Shown: piece by piece, positions 50,805 through 64,000 of the stretch
Numbering within the stretch: the stretch's first letter is position 1
Layout: each line of letters begins with the position of its first letter
Assembly: GCA_050273025.1 (NCBI GenBank)
Contig: CP158635.1
Span: 30,876,001 to 30,940,000 of the forward strand
Direction: 5' to 3'
Source of the DNA: Cenococcum geophilum
Lineage: Eukaryota
DNA: 64,000 nt
Translations under genes and position numbers: made by a program
The notes under the pieces: model-generated
What the model was told of the DNA's origin: nothing
Databases searched by the model: none
What the model saw: the letters and a program-made list of their open reading frames with translations, nothing else

Positions 50805-51650
50805 ATAATATTCTTTAGGTATAAGAGGTTGGGGGTTAATATATTACTTTAGTTCTAATACCTTTTTAATATCTTCTAGTGTTATAGCAAAGATCTTATA
50901 GTCTTATTTTTTTACTAATAAATAAAAGGGTGTAGCTTGTATTATATAAAATTTAAGGGGTTTTAATATATTATCTTCGCATTCTTTACTATAATTAGCA
51001 GTTATAACTTTATTATATTAGTTTGGGGTTTATAGTAAGAGTAATTTGTATTATATTAAATTTAAATAGTTATATATATGTTTATAAGGTAAGTGGTATT
51101 TTGAGTAATAACTTCGGCAATAGGTTATACGAAATTTTAGTATTTCTTTAACCTAGCTAATTAAAGGGTTATATCATTTTAGCCATTTATATCTAAGTAT
51201 TACTTTATAATATTTTAAGGGTGTTATAAATAGGGAAATATATTTAAGGTATTTACCTATTTATATCTTTATAAAAATATAGTACGTTAGTTCGTTATAT
51301 ATTAAAGGCTTACTATTAAAGCCTTATAGGCCTTAAGGCTTATTAAGTTTCTTTAAATTTAAGCATTAAGTTTTTACGTAGTTTATATTAATAAGGCCTA
51401 TATTAATAGCTCCGCTATTTATAAGGATTTATACTTTCTTCTATTCTCTAAGTTTTTAAATTTTGCTAAGTATATTAAGAGAGTTATATTATATATTAGC
51501 GCTAAAAGAGCCTAGACACTTATACTCTTCCACTTCTTATATTAAGGCGCGACTTAGCCTTAGAATAATTTATTTTCTAAACTAACTAAAGGTAAGATAC
51601 TCTATAGTAACTAAGTATAATTTATAAAATAAGTATAATTTAAGGACTAA
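50805..51650 (-). pseudogene. B protease and gag/pol junction fragment
   Basis: LI(D)SGA at ~51405-51425; continuous with the RT fragment at 44656. Confidence 0.8.
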
Positions 51651-52070
51651 TATAACGAAGCCTTATAGGAAATACTACAGTAGACTTGTTAATGGGTTGG
51701 GTATATAGGTATAAAATAGTCAATAATATGTAATATAACTAGCGGAGTGGTTACCTAATAGATTAACTCTAATTGTATTATAAGATTCACTATAAAGGAG
51801 AGAACTATCTGGGTAGGGACTATGGTCCTTTAAATACATAACCGTACTCCTAAGAAATCCCCTTTATATATAAGGTATATATTATATATATTATATATAC
51901 GTTCCCTTTATATACTGCGTATACTACGTATAATATTATATAACCTTAGTTACTATTCTTTATTATATAGCTCTATCGGCTCTATTTTAGACTATACCTA
52001 TATTAACTAACTAGCTTCCTTTAACTCTTCTTTAAGTAGTTATAATATTGTACTTAAAGCGTCCGTAACA
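51651..52070 (-). repeat. A3 3' LTR (420 bp, variant)
   Basis: Ends GTCCGTAACA; homologous to A1/A2 LTRs with diverged internal segments. Confidence 0.9.
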
Positions 52071-52178
52071 CTATCTCCCTCCTCTTTAGCTTCGTCCTTA
52101 AAGATCTTAAATATCTCTAGGTTGTTTACTAGAGGTATAATATCTATCTAATTAATTTAGTTAATATCGTTGCTTATT

Positions 52179-52830
52179 ATGCTAAAGGCTCCTTCTTCTT
52201 CGCAGGCGCAATGTTATACTCGCACTATTACTGCGATATTGTCTCTTAGTAAGATTATACCGTCTCTATATTCTCGCTGTTTAAAAGAGGGGTTAGTTTA
52301 TATTACGTTGGCGAACCTATTTTTATAATAACCGTCCTCTTATTTAGAGTGCACTAAAGTAAATATTCGTTTATTCTATAATATTTACTTTATCTTTAAT
52401 GCTAAATATACGTAACCTATTACTCTTAATAGTTGTCTAGTTCCTTAACTAACTTATCTTAAGGTTTTATATTTAATCTACTGCTACGTAACTAGATAGT
52501 AAACTATCTTAAGCCCTAGCCGAGTTAGAATATTCTTATAACGTGGAGCAGAAGGCTTTTAAAGCTTATATCGCGGCGTCTACTCAGTTACTTTATCTTA
52601 AGAAGGTTTATAAAAAGGTCTATTTTAAGAAGTAGAAGCTTATAAAATAGAGTTTATAGAAACTTAGTAATAAAAGGATAGACTTTTTTTTAACTATAAA
52701 GGGAATAGATCCGAGTAGCTTAGCAACTGCTCTTCTTAGGTCCCCCTTAAGTAACTCATTCTTTAGTAATTCTTCTTTATTAATGCTGCCTAACCTAATT
52801 TCTTTTAATACTTTTATACCTTTCCCCTAG
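52179..52830 (+). pseudogene. A3 antisense accessory ORF (Zn2Cys6-like)
   Basis: ATG retained at 52179; retains the second (TGT) and fifth (TGC) Cys codons. Confidence 0.65.
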
Positions 52831-53758
52831 CATTTTTTAGATTTTATAGTAGTTTCTAGGTAGTTTTAGTATAGCCTATCTACTTAACCTTGTACTATGT
52901 TTTGTTATTAACGTCCTTATAACTAATAATCTTTAAAACTTACTATTTGTCTTCTTCTTATCCTCTATACATATCTTCCTTATATATTAGTGGCTTAATA
53001 TTTCTGTATACTAGTTTTAGCATTATAATATACTATATAGGGTAGATCTTTATCTTGGCTAGTAGGTTTAACTTAAATATAACTAGTAAAATTTTTTATA
53101 TAATTTTAAAAGGTCCTAGTCTAACATAGTCCAACTTCTTACTTAGTTGTTAACTTTTAGGATTTTTATATAGTAGCTATACTTTATCTCCCTCCTTAAG
53201 ATCTGGTCCCTTAGATCTCTTAGCATTATAGTACCTTTTTATTCTTTCTTATACTTTTTTTACTAATTCTATAAGGTCTATATAAAGATTTATTAATATC
53301 TTTATTCTTTCTTTAGCTATGCTACTTGTTTTCTTCGCTTATTGTAATAATAATAATATTCTTAGCTTATACCCGTAATTTACCTTAAACGGTAATATGC
53401 CTATTCCTTTTTATGGTGTTATATTATATATAAACTATATAACTAGTAATAGTAATACCTAATTATTTTATGTATAGTTAATATAGTGTCTTAAATACTA
53501 TTCTAATATCTAATTTAACCTTTCTATTTAACTATTTGTCTGCGGGTAATATATAGTAGAAGTTACTGCTCTAACTCCTTATTCCGCTAAAAATACCTCC
53601 TAGAATACTGCTATAAATCTTAAATCTTAGTCTAATATAATTTTACTTAGTACTCTATATCTTACAAACACTTCTTTAATATAGATTTTAGCAATATCCT
53701 CTACTAAGATTTCTTCTGTATATGCTATAAAGTAGCCTTACTTAGTTAACTTATTTAC

Positions 53759-56700
53759 TGTATAATTACAGCACGTAGTATACCAAACGCGTAGTTACGC
53801 GTTTGGTGCACTAACCACTTAGGTGCTAACTAATTAGGGGGGAGGCGCGTTAGTATATAGACTATATAGTCTACCTTAATAGAATCGACAGTTATCACTA
53901 TCCTAAAGAGCATACGATACTATACGTATTTCGTGCCCCGGGATATAACTCAATTGTATTATTAAATTAATATAAACACTAATTAGTAAGCGCGTATAGA
54001 TTAGCAATCACTCAACACCTCCCCCTAAGCGATACTTAACAGTAACCACCTGTTTAGACTCCTGGTACAACCTACTAAAAGGTTGGAAGCTGGGGATTAC
54101 GGACTATTACCAACTCTGTATATTTATTTAAGTCTTAGTACGGTTTACCGGAAGTTTATAGACGCGAATATAGACCTTTACAGAACCCTTTACCCTTCCG
54201 CGAACCACTACGGACCTACTAATTACCTTTACGGACCGTTATAAGACCTTACGGAAACCCCCTACCCTCCTATAAACTGTTATAGACCTATTAACCGCCT
54301 TTACGGACCACTATAAGACCTTTTATACCTACTACGTACTATACTATACAGCATAGCAGACACAAGCAAGCAGATTAATAAAGGTTAAGAGAAATAGAGC
54401 TAAGGAGTCGACCTTACATCTATAACTGACGTTAACAACTATATTAAATTTAAAATCCTTAAATACGGATACTATAAGCTTTTAAATAATAATATGTGGG
54501 AGTAATATAAAGAAGACTTTGCAGACTTTACGGAAGATACTTTTAAGGCTTGCAGTATTATACCTATCCGTAACCTACAAACCCTTTTACGTCACCAAGG
54601 TATATGGGTTAAAAAGGATAGGCGAGTTACTATTATACGGTCCCTGTATAACACACTATATAAGGAGGACTAAACGGAATAGACTAAAGAGTAGATTCTA
54701 GACTATATTAAAACAAGCGGACTCTTTGCCTCTTTTAAACTTAATAGGATCTCCGGTCTTATTAACAACCTATTTAACTACATTCGCCCTACAGATTAAA
54801 GAAGTCTTAGAATTAATCTGACGGGCTAAAGTATACCTAGTACTTAAGTTATAGACCATAATACCCCCGTAAACTACCTAAGTAAAGACCTACGGCAAGG
54901 AGCTAGCTAACCTGGCTAAGCTCTATACCAACGAACCTAAGTATAGCGGTGAAAACGATAACTTTAACTTTAAACTAACTATCTTTACGGACCTCTGCTA
55001 GAAGGCTAATATTTCTAAATAGGAATTTAGCTAAGCCTACTCTACCATACTGCGCGGCCTAGTACTTAACCACTACTATACTAACCTTAAGAGTAACCCC
55101 CTTGGTGTTCCCTTTAATAAGCTATACAAAGCTACACGTAACTACTTTAAAGGACCGGAATATAAGCGTAATATTCTTACCTAATAAAATGCGACTAAGC
55201 TACGGACCGTAATCGACAAGAATACTGAAAAATCGACTATAGAGTGCCTGCAAATTCTTATTAAAGACCTTCGGCACCTATAGCACGGCCTTAACGCTAA
55301 GCTTTAAATAGACGACTTCCTATATAATAAACTTATTACGGCCTACTAGGAAGTAGAACCTTATAAGTACGCCTATTATAAGCCTACAGATACCTTAGCT
55401 GGCCTTATTAATAATCTACGCTCCTCTATTATAACGTACAAAGTCTTAAACCTACTAGGTAGTACTTAAGCCTTTATTGCGGATATTTGATATTTATAAA
55501 TAGACTTAGACGTCTACTTTACGGATCGCCGCTACTGCTAGTAGTACCTGCATCGACTAGGTCCTACCTGTAACCCCTATAATAACTCCTATACAAAAAT
55601 ATACCCCTATAGATAAACTAGCTAGAAGTGCTTTATGTACGGTAAGGAAGGATATTAGTCTATAAGGCATACCTAGGAAGAATATAATAAGTCCAGGAAG
55701 AGACTTAATAGCCGTATTAACTAGTTCATTTTAGAATACAAAGGAGAGGAAGCGGAAGAGCCTCCTAATGAGTTAATAGAAGCCCTTATAATTAACTTTA
55801 ACTTAAACGCCTAGGAATAGGAGACCTTAGAGACGTTTTTAACCACTTTTAGACCTTTTACGGAAAGCTAAGCCTTTAATATTACAACCGTATTAGCCGA
55901 CCGTTCCTTTATACACTTAGTTACGCCCAAAAACCATTCCGTAAGTACCCCTGTTACGAACGTTATAGATTATAAGTAGGACCTATTTATATATATTACC
56001 ACAGAACGCTATACCCCTAAGGAATTCTACGGCGTTGTAATCGACATAGGTACCTCTAAGAAGTCTACCGTAGGCTATAGACAATACCTTATATATAGGA
56101 CCACCACAAATAATAATACGGACATTGATATTACGTAAACTGGGGCCGTAAACGTCTAATTCGGCATTAGCTTAACCGTATTAATTAGACTAGTTAAAGT
56201 TAAGACTCTAATTAGCCTAGTTAACTTCCACATAGTAAAAGCGGATACCTCTTTCCTACTCTGCCTTACGGATATAGATAGGTTATAGGTTTACTATAAT
56301 AACATTACGGACACCTTAATTGGCCCTATAACTGCCCTAGGAAGCAAGCATATTACCCTGCTAATTGTATAATAATTTAGACACCCGTTCCTTATATAGG
56401 AAGAGACTTTACGGACCTACATTTAGGAATCTTTTAACTATAACCCGTGCTACCTTACTAGTACTGAAATTCACCGCCTATATCGCTGTTTTGGCTACCC
56501 GTTAGCCGAAAAGCTATATAGAGTCCTTAAACGCTCTAAACACGACGACGTTAATAGGAAGGCAATCGACTACCTGACTAAATACTGCTCCTTTTACTAG
56601 AAATACGGACGTTCTCTAGGCTGATTTAAGTTCACCCTTTATAAGGACCTTGACTTTAACTACTTAGTGTACGTAGATATTATGTATATTAATGGTAGTC

Positions 56701-59634
56701 TAGTATTATATATAATTGACGGGGCAACCCGCTATTAAGCTGCCTGTTGGTTGTAAAATATATCTATAAAATATACTTAGGATATTTTACGGACCTGCTG
56801 GATTAATATATACCTTAGACCTCTTAAGTATATTACCCACAACGCTAATAGGAACTTCATTAGCAAGGAATTCTAATAGTATGCTATGGCTATAGCTATT
56901 TTAATAAAAGCCGTTCTAGTTAAGGCGTACTAGTCTATTAGGCTTATTAAGTAAGCTTACCTAGCTCTACGGAGAGCTTATTAGATTATTACGGACGAGT
57001 GCAAGGATATCTAAAAGGAACTGGCTTTATAGATGGCTGTAAAAGCCGTTAATAACACCGCTGGCCCTAACGGACTGGTACTTACCCTCTTAGTTTATGG
57101 AGCCTACCTAAGGATAGGCAAACTAGACCCTCCTACCCCATCTATTACGGATTAAGCAGCTATAACACGGAAGGTAACAGCTGAAATAGTTAAATTACGG
57201 GCTAAATAAACTATTAATAACGCTCTATACTACCGTAACGGACCGAATACAACCTTAGTATATAAACTCCCGCTTAATTCTAAAGTCCTTATATAGCGTA
57301 AAAGCGGCAATTAAACTAGACCCTACCGTTTACTAGCTATAGAAGACGAGACCTGCTATATATAACTCCCTAGCAGACCGATAAGCTTTAGAAGTACGTC
57401 CGTAAAACCCTATTTTCGGCCTAAAAACACCCATAACGTCAAGCTAGACGAACTAGAAGTACCCGCTGAATTAGATAAACTGGAAGCACCCTTACCTACC
57501 CTAGAGGTCCCCTAGAAACCTACTAAACCTACTAAACCTCCTATAAAGCGTGGCCGAGGACGCCCCCGTAAGAACCCCGTAATAGAGAATTACTTAACCT
57601 CTATAGGCACATCCGCAAAGCAATCTCCGCCTATAGATATATTAGTTTTAGTATAGGAAACCCCTTTTACGGACTTACGACGCAAAGAGATTAACGGACT
57701 ACTTAAGAAGGGCGTCTTTACAGTTATAACGGAGAAAGACGTTCTATAAAGCGTCCGTATATTTAACTTACGCTTTATTAATAAAATTAAGCACCCCAGT
57801 ACCGATAAAGCCTTTGAAAAGTCAAGGCTTATTATATAAGCCTATAACGACTAGGGAAAAGACTTAATCCTTACGTAATCGCCTATAATTTAACGGGTTA
57901 GCTAACAGATTATACTTATATTTACGCCTGGACTACAGCAAACTAGACCTATAGCCCTCTACTTATAAGATATCTCGCAAGCCTATATACAGTCTAATAC
58001 CTACCTAAGTAGGGATATCTTTATACAACTACCGCTTAAGCTTAATTTATAACTAGGAACAATTTTATAGGTTATAAAACCACTTTATGGAGTGCCGGAA
58101 GCTGGAAACTACTGGTTTAAGACATATTACTAGCATTACGTCCGTAAACTTAAGATGGAGTAGTTAACCTACGACCCCTACCTCCTATACACCTAATTAA
58201 ATGGCCTTAGTATTATTGGACTCTAAATAGACAATACCCTATTCCTAGTAGACTAGACCTTTATAAACGCTAAAGAGACTAAACTATAAAAGGTAAAGTT
58301 CTTAGCAAAGCCGTAAGAGTAGTTAACTAAGTAGACTCTAATTAAGTTTAACGGAGGCTTAATTATATAAAAGGGCAACTTAATCTAGCTAACTTAGGAA
58401 CGCTAAGCTTAAAACCTAAAGCTTATTATAATAAAGCCTATAGACCTTACTAGTTCCCGCGGAGAGACCTATAAGACCGTAAATATAAAGGACTAATACG
58501 CTGCATAGCGTGTAAGAGGCGCCTATATTGCTATAGTCTGCTAACCTAAATCTGCCTATAACTTATCCTTTGCGGCCTAGGTAGTAGATCTATAAGAAGA
58601 AAATATTAAGCAGCTTAATAAGCGTATTTAATGGCAAATTAATAATGCGATAAGAGGATTTACTTTTATACCGCTAGACCTAAATTCTATTAGCGTAATA
58701 GTATTTACAGACGCCTCCTTCGCTAATAATAGGGACCTATTATCGCAAATCGGCTTTGTAATTGTACTTACGGACTATAATTAGGACGCAAATATTCTAT
58801 ACTAGTCTTTAATTAAATATAAATAAGTAACCTATAGTGTACTAGCTTCTAAACTATATGCACTAGCCTATAGCTTTAATATAGTAGCCGTAATTAAATT
58901 AACAATTTAAAAGATCCTATAACTAGAGTAGCTACCCCTAGTCTTATATACTAATTTAAAGTCCCTCTATAACTGCCTAGTTAAACTAGGTACGATATAA
59001 GAGAAGAGGCTCATAGTTAACCTAATATGCTTACGTTAGGCCTATAAACGACGTAAAATTACGGAGGTCAAATAGATCAGCAGTGGAGATAACCTAGCGG
59101 ACGCTATAACTAAGGTAAAGCCGTGCTAAGCTCTTAAAACCCTAATTGACATAAATAAGCTTAATCTAAAGGTCGTAGAATAGGTGGAACGAGACTAACA
59201 GAGTACTTATGGTTTATTTACGGCCTATTAGAAGGCCGTACGGTTTATCTAACGGACCGTAAGGAGGACTTACGGTCAGCTAAGAGCACCGTTTAGAAGG
59301 CAGCCTAGAAGGTACCTTAGGAGGGATTTCCTATGTATTTCTTTCGTGTTTTACGGCTCTATTAAAGCGATTACAGAGGTTATATACAATTAAGTCATTT
59401 TTAAGTGCCGCTAGTATATAATTACAGCACGTGGTATACCAAACGCGTAGTTACGCGTTTGGTATACTAACCACTTAGGTGCTAACTAATTAGGGGGGAG
59501 GCGCGTCAGTATATAGACTACATAGTCTACCTTAATAGAATCGACAGTTACTACTATCCCAAAGAGCATACGATACTATACGTATTTCGTGCCCCAGGAT
59601 ATAACTTAATTATATTATTAAATTAATACAAACA
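53759..59634 (+). mobile_element. Copia D2 (GalEa-like), full length, 5876 bp
   Basis: 220-bp LTRs 53759-53978 and 59415-59634; TSD TTTAC/TCTAC (one C->T change). Confidence 0.95.
54353..59198 (+). pseudogene. D2 polyprotein
   Basis: Same motifs as D1; KPLYGVPEAGN(H)WF intact at ~58077-58120. Confidence 0.9.
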
Positions 59635-62600
59635 TCTACTATTACTAAGATTACGTTATACTATTATCCGGTAATAGGATCTTTTAACTTTAGTAACTTA
59701 ATAATAAAGTCCTATAATATAACCTCCTATAGTCTTTCTGGTATTTTAATAGGTTGTAGCCCTCTATATAGCTTATGCCTTATTAGTTTATTTCTTTAGC
59801 AATCTAAACACTCTTTTATCGCTTTTCTTGCGATACTTTAGATTCCGTTAATAATATATTCTTTTTAAAGTCTTAATACTAAGCCTATTGCTCCGTTGTA
59901 TCCCTAAGTTATTCCCTTATAAAAGTCTTCTATAAAATACTCTGCTATACTCTTTAGGATATACTTTACTTTTTAATTTTCGTATATATCTATCTGTAGA
60001 TCTTCTAGCTATACTTCTAAAATTCTTTATACCTAAAAGCTTTCTAGTATCTTGTAGATTCTTTCTAGTTCGTTATTTTCTTAGGTTGCTACTAGCTTAG
60101 GGTAATTATATCTAAGCTATTCATCCTTATCTTTGCGTAGTATTATTCCTAATAGTTTCTTATCGTTCTATAGTTTAGCTTTTCTACTAAGTGGGTCTAC
60201 CCTTGTATTTTTAGTTCCTTTAGCGTATTAAATCTTAAAATAGTATTCTATAAGTATTTCTACCCATTTAACTTATCTTTAATTAAGTTCTTTTATTATT
60301 AGAAACCCAGTTAAGTTCTTATAATCCGTTTTAACTATAAATAGTTTTTCTATACCTTATAAGAATGCTCTTTATTTCTTAAATGCTATAACTATACCTA
60401 ATAACTCCTTATTATAGACGTCGTAGTTTAACTCTAGTAGTGTTATTTTTCTATTATAATATAATACTAGGTGCTATATATCCTTGTACTTCTATAGTAA
60501 GTATACTCCTAATATATAGTCTAATATATCCGTCTCTATAACCGTATCTAGTCCTAATTAATAGATTTTAAGGATTGGCTCCTAGGTAAATAATTTCTTA
60601 AGTTCCTTAAATAGCTTTTTTTATTTATTTCCCTATACCCATAGTTCCTCTTTCTTTATAAGCCTAGTAAATGGTTTAATCTTCTTTAACTATTATGCTA
60701 TAAACCTTCTATAGTAATTACAAACCCCTAAAAATAACCTTAACTGTATTATATTCTCTAGTTCTTGCTAACTTACTATAGCTTCTAACTTTTTTAGGTT
60801 TATACTAATATATCCTAGTTTAATAATAAATCTAACAAAATTGGTCTTCCTTATAAAGAACTTACATTTCTTAATTGCTAATAGCATCTGTTCTTCTTAT
60901 AGTCTCTTTAAAACCTATTTAATATATTTTCTGTATTCTTCCTTAGTTATTAAGTAGATAATAATATCGTCAAGATATACTATAACAAATTCATTAAGGT
61001 GTTCTCTTAATATATTATTAATTTGTTTCTAAAACGTTGCTAGTGTATTTATTAACCCAAATTGCATAACTAATAGCTTATATAGTCCTTCTCTTAACCT
61101 AAAGGCTGTCTTTTATTTATTGCCTTCCTTAATTCTAATCTAATAGTACGCCTATCTTAGATCTATCTTTATAAAGATTTACGCGTTACTTATCCAATCT
61201 TAGATTTTACTAATTAAGGGTAAAGGATATCTATCCTTCCAAGTGATGCTATTTTACTATTTATAGTTAATATATAACCTAAGTTTTCCATTTTTCTTTA
61301 GTATAAATAGTACTGGATAACCTACTAATAACTGTAATAGTCTAATGTATCCCTTTTATAAGTTTTCTTAGATAAACTCTTTAAGTGCTCTTAACTCCTC
61401 TTAAGTAAGCTTATAAGTTAGAAAAAACCTTAAACTTATTTCTAGTTCTAACTCTATTTTATAGTCCTATACTATATAATTTACTAGCTTTTTACTTTTT
61501 GGTAACTATAGTTTCTTACTATACTTATAGTATCTTTTTAGTATATAACTTAAGCCTTGCTCAGTTTCTTTATATATTACTCCAACTTAGTACTATATTA
61601 ACTTAGTTTATTATCGCATCTTACGGCGTTAAGTATCCTTAATATTAACCTATCCTATAATCTAATTAATCTTTAGATTATATTTCTATAACTAAGGCAT
61701 TTCTAATACTGCCTTATCCTGTCCTAATAGTAGGATATTAAAAGACATCTTAATTTATCTCCCTTTAATGGTTATCTAAATAGGTCCTATTTTAAGATTA
61801 ATAATCCCTCCTCTATAGGCTATTGGATCTCCTAAAACTATAACTAATAGGTAAGATTGTTCCTTCTATCTATAAGGTAATCCTATTCTCTTAACTACTG
61901 CTAATAAAATATAGTTCCGCGTTACTCCACTATCTATTAGTGCTTTAAACTGCTAATCTTACTATTTAACTTATAAATTTAAGTATTGTCCTTAAATTCC
62001 TTTAAGGGTCTAAGGCTTTACTACTAGCTCCCTCTAGTTTTATAGGCCTCCACTTTTCTTAACTAATAGCTACTTAATCCTGTTTATACTTAGTCCTCCT
62101 TTAACTAATACTTAGTTTATTTTTTTATCTTTAATATACTATAGACACGTATTCTCTAGGCATTTCCACCACTATTATCCGTCTAAGTATTCTTCTGTAA
62201 GGAATCTTTCTAATTAAAGTATTAGGTCTCCTAACTCCTAAACTTTTATTAGATGCTATCTATGTATATACTTAGTATTTCTATATTATTGCTTATCTGG
62301 CGCCTAATATATTCTTATTAGATACTTTTAGTACTTGTCCTTTAGTGCTCTATATATATTATACGTATTATTTATATATATAATCTACAATAGCGTATAG
62401 TATACTTAGTGTTTTAGGTTAACTCTTAACTCGTCTTTATTCTTAAGTTTAAACCTTTATTATACTAATCTAAACGTTATAACTTTATTTACAGGTACTA
62501 AGATACGCTTCTCACTTCTCTAGTTCTCTAATTATTCCTCTAGATCCCCCAACATTATAATTAAGGCTTCTTTAATGTAACTTATAGCCTTTTCTATAAT

Positions 62601-63324
62601 TAGGTAGTCCTAAATAACTTTTTTTATCTAACTATATATAGAAATCTTCCTACTTATTATTGTATCGCTGTCTATACTACTTTTAGTACAGTTACTAAAG
62701 TGTATATAGCTTATCCGTAAGAAAGTATCTTTTTATTACTACGTCGTAATAGCCCTTTATATATTATTCCTCAAACCTAGTAGGGATTCTTAAATCCTCT
62801 TCATTTTCTAGTTTAATAAGCTACTTAGCTCTTAGTGTGCCCGTTCTAAGCCTATTGGTAATTCTTTATATAGGTACTCTATCCCTTATATAACCTAGTA
62901 TACTAGATCTCTTATCTAGTTTCTATTCTTACTATATAATAATTCTTCGTCTAAATTCTTTTATGGTTTCTTTTAATTTACGTCTTATAAGTAGATCCTT
63001 AAAGTCCTCTTACTTCTTAATCCTAGTGCTAGCGTTTTAGTCCTTTTGCTAACCTTTACTCGCAATTTCTTTAATAGTCCTTATTTGTGTTTAGAAATCT
63101 TGGTTCTATAGGATTTTTAATCCTAAGCTTGCTTCTATCTTAAGCTTTACTCTAGCCTTAGTCTAACTAGGCTTACTTAGTATTCTTATCTCGTCTTAAG
63201 AGTCTTAAATCTTACTTATCTTGTTTTAAAAATCTTATATTATTAGGAAACTTCGTTCTAAGCTTATTTATATATTTTTAAACTAAGCCGTTGCTCTACT
63301 CTATTAGTTATCGTCCATTATAGG

Positions 63325-64000
63325 TATCAGATAATCTGTATTCTCTGTGGCGTAGGATATGCATAAGTCACGTGCATGGGGCCCGTGCTTTATAAATATC
63401 TTTATCTAAGCCCAGGGGCCCTAGGTTAAGACACGATCAAGATTATTAATTAATTAACCTATTTCATTAATGAATAGCTCTATATGAGTTATTTAACAGT
63501 TATGAGCCCGGCCCGCCGACATAAGAAGCTATTCAGCTATTACTCAATCATTTGAAGAAATTCTACCTTATCGTTAGACTCTGACACCTTATCGTCTTAA
63601 GACGACCCTGATTGAAATCCTACCTCAATTGTCATAGGACGAGATTCCACGAGATTCCATGAGATTCCACGAGACTCCACCTTAATCGTCAAAGAACGAT
63701 CCTGACGATAAGGACGATCCTGCGACAAGGATGATCCTAACGACGTATTCCATCTCAATTCCCATTTACCTATTAGTCAAATGACTCCACTAAGGTCGAG
63801 TTCGTCTACCACGATTATTCTCAATAAGCTAGAAGACTGGGAGTAATGGATCTGGCAACTACAAGCCCTTGTGGATAAACAAATTTAGGCCCACGTTGAC
63901 CCAGCTAAGGAAGCACCTTAATAAGGTCTACTACAAGAACCACCCCATCTAGAAGTCACAGATTTTAATAAGAATGCAACCTTATATGCACAGCTCTCGA
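63325..64000 (+). mobile_element. Copia H, 5' end (LTR 63325-63498, leader, gag start at 63781)
   Basis: T(G)TCAG...TTAACA followed by GTTATGAGCCCGG as in F; gag MTP.RSSSSTTIILNK(P)EDWE(Q)WIWQL...I(W)AHVDP resembles F gag; breaks A3 colinearity. Confidence 0.8.
63641..63745 (+). repeat. Tandem repeats in the H leader (GAGATTCCAC x4; GACGATCCT..ACAAG units)
   Basis: Directly visible. Confidence 0.8.

Larger units (their letters stand above)
1..51650 (-). mobile_element. Gypsy/Ty3 element B (oldest host), split into 1-286, 35536-36471, 43048-44656, 50805-51650; both ends lie outside the window
   Basis: The pol reading continues across each insertion once TSDs are removed: protease, RT, RNase H, integrase in Gypsy order on the minus strand. 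Confidence 0.9.
51651..63324 (-). mobile_element. Gypsy chromovirus A3 (diverged family-A copy), interrupted by D2 and H; 5' end beyond the window
   Basis: 3' LTR 51651-52070 with PPT at 52071; internal sequence colinear with A1. Confidence 0.93.
52770..63324 (-). pseudogene. A3 gag C-terminus + pol, split by D2 (52770-53758, 59635-63324)
   Basis: Colinear with A1 1420-3339 + 30774-33480. Confidence 0.88.
1..64000. other. RIP-mutated nested transposon cluster (AT-rich fungal heterochromatin); no host gene
   Basis: Pervasive TpA excess and CpA/TpG depletion. Conserved motifs are altered as RIP predicts (YLDD->YLNN, YVDD->YVDN, TGG/CAG->TAG). Every segment assigns to a TE. Confidence 0.97.

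Noticed and set aside
48583..54701. ORFs 48583-48777(-) and 54519-54701(+)
   Set aside because: Antisense or off-frame readings of the D polyproteins.
1..64000. Host genes, tRNA/rRNA, effectors
   Set aside because: None recognisable; all sequence is accounted for by TE segments.

Overview
This window is a block of fungal (Pezizomycotina-type) heterochromatic repeats with no host gene. All 64 kb are nested transposons wrecked by RIP (CpA->TpA and TpG->TpA; W/Q codons turned into stops, YLDD->YLNN). Target-site duplications (TSDs) resolve nearly the whole nest. The oldest element is a minus-strand Gypsy (B). B holds Gypsy A1 (287-35535), element C (36472-43047), Copia D1 (44657-50804) and Gypsy A3 (from 51651). 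A1 holds an inverted copy of its own family, A2 (3340-30773). A2 holds chromovirus E (4878-21851), a Tc1 DD34E transposon G (22252-24576) and a solo LTR. E holds Copia F (5259-15385). A3 holds Copia D2 (53759-59634) and Copia H (from 63325). The most unusual observations are: (1) element C has two 257-bp LTRs in INVERTED orientation, a 4-bp TSD, gag but no pol; (2) Copia F carries a complete Ngaro/DIRS-type gag-RT/RNaseH-tyrosine-recombinase module between its pol stop and its PPT; (3) all three family-A copies carry an antisense ORF reconstructing to a Zn(II)2Cys6-like cluster plus coiled coil; (4) CCAAT-flanked palindromes are shared by unrelated element families; (5) E integrase ends in chromodomain + NLS + AT-hook. 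All protein readings are manual 'de-RIP' reconstructions, and internal ORF boundaries are approximate.
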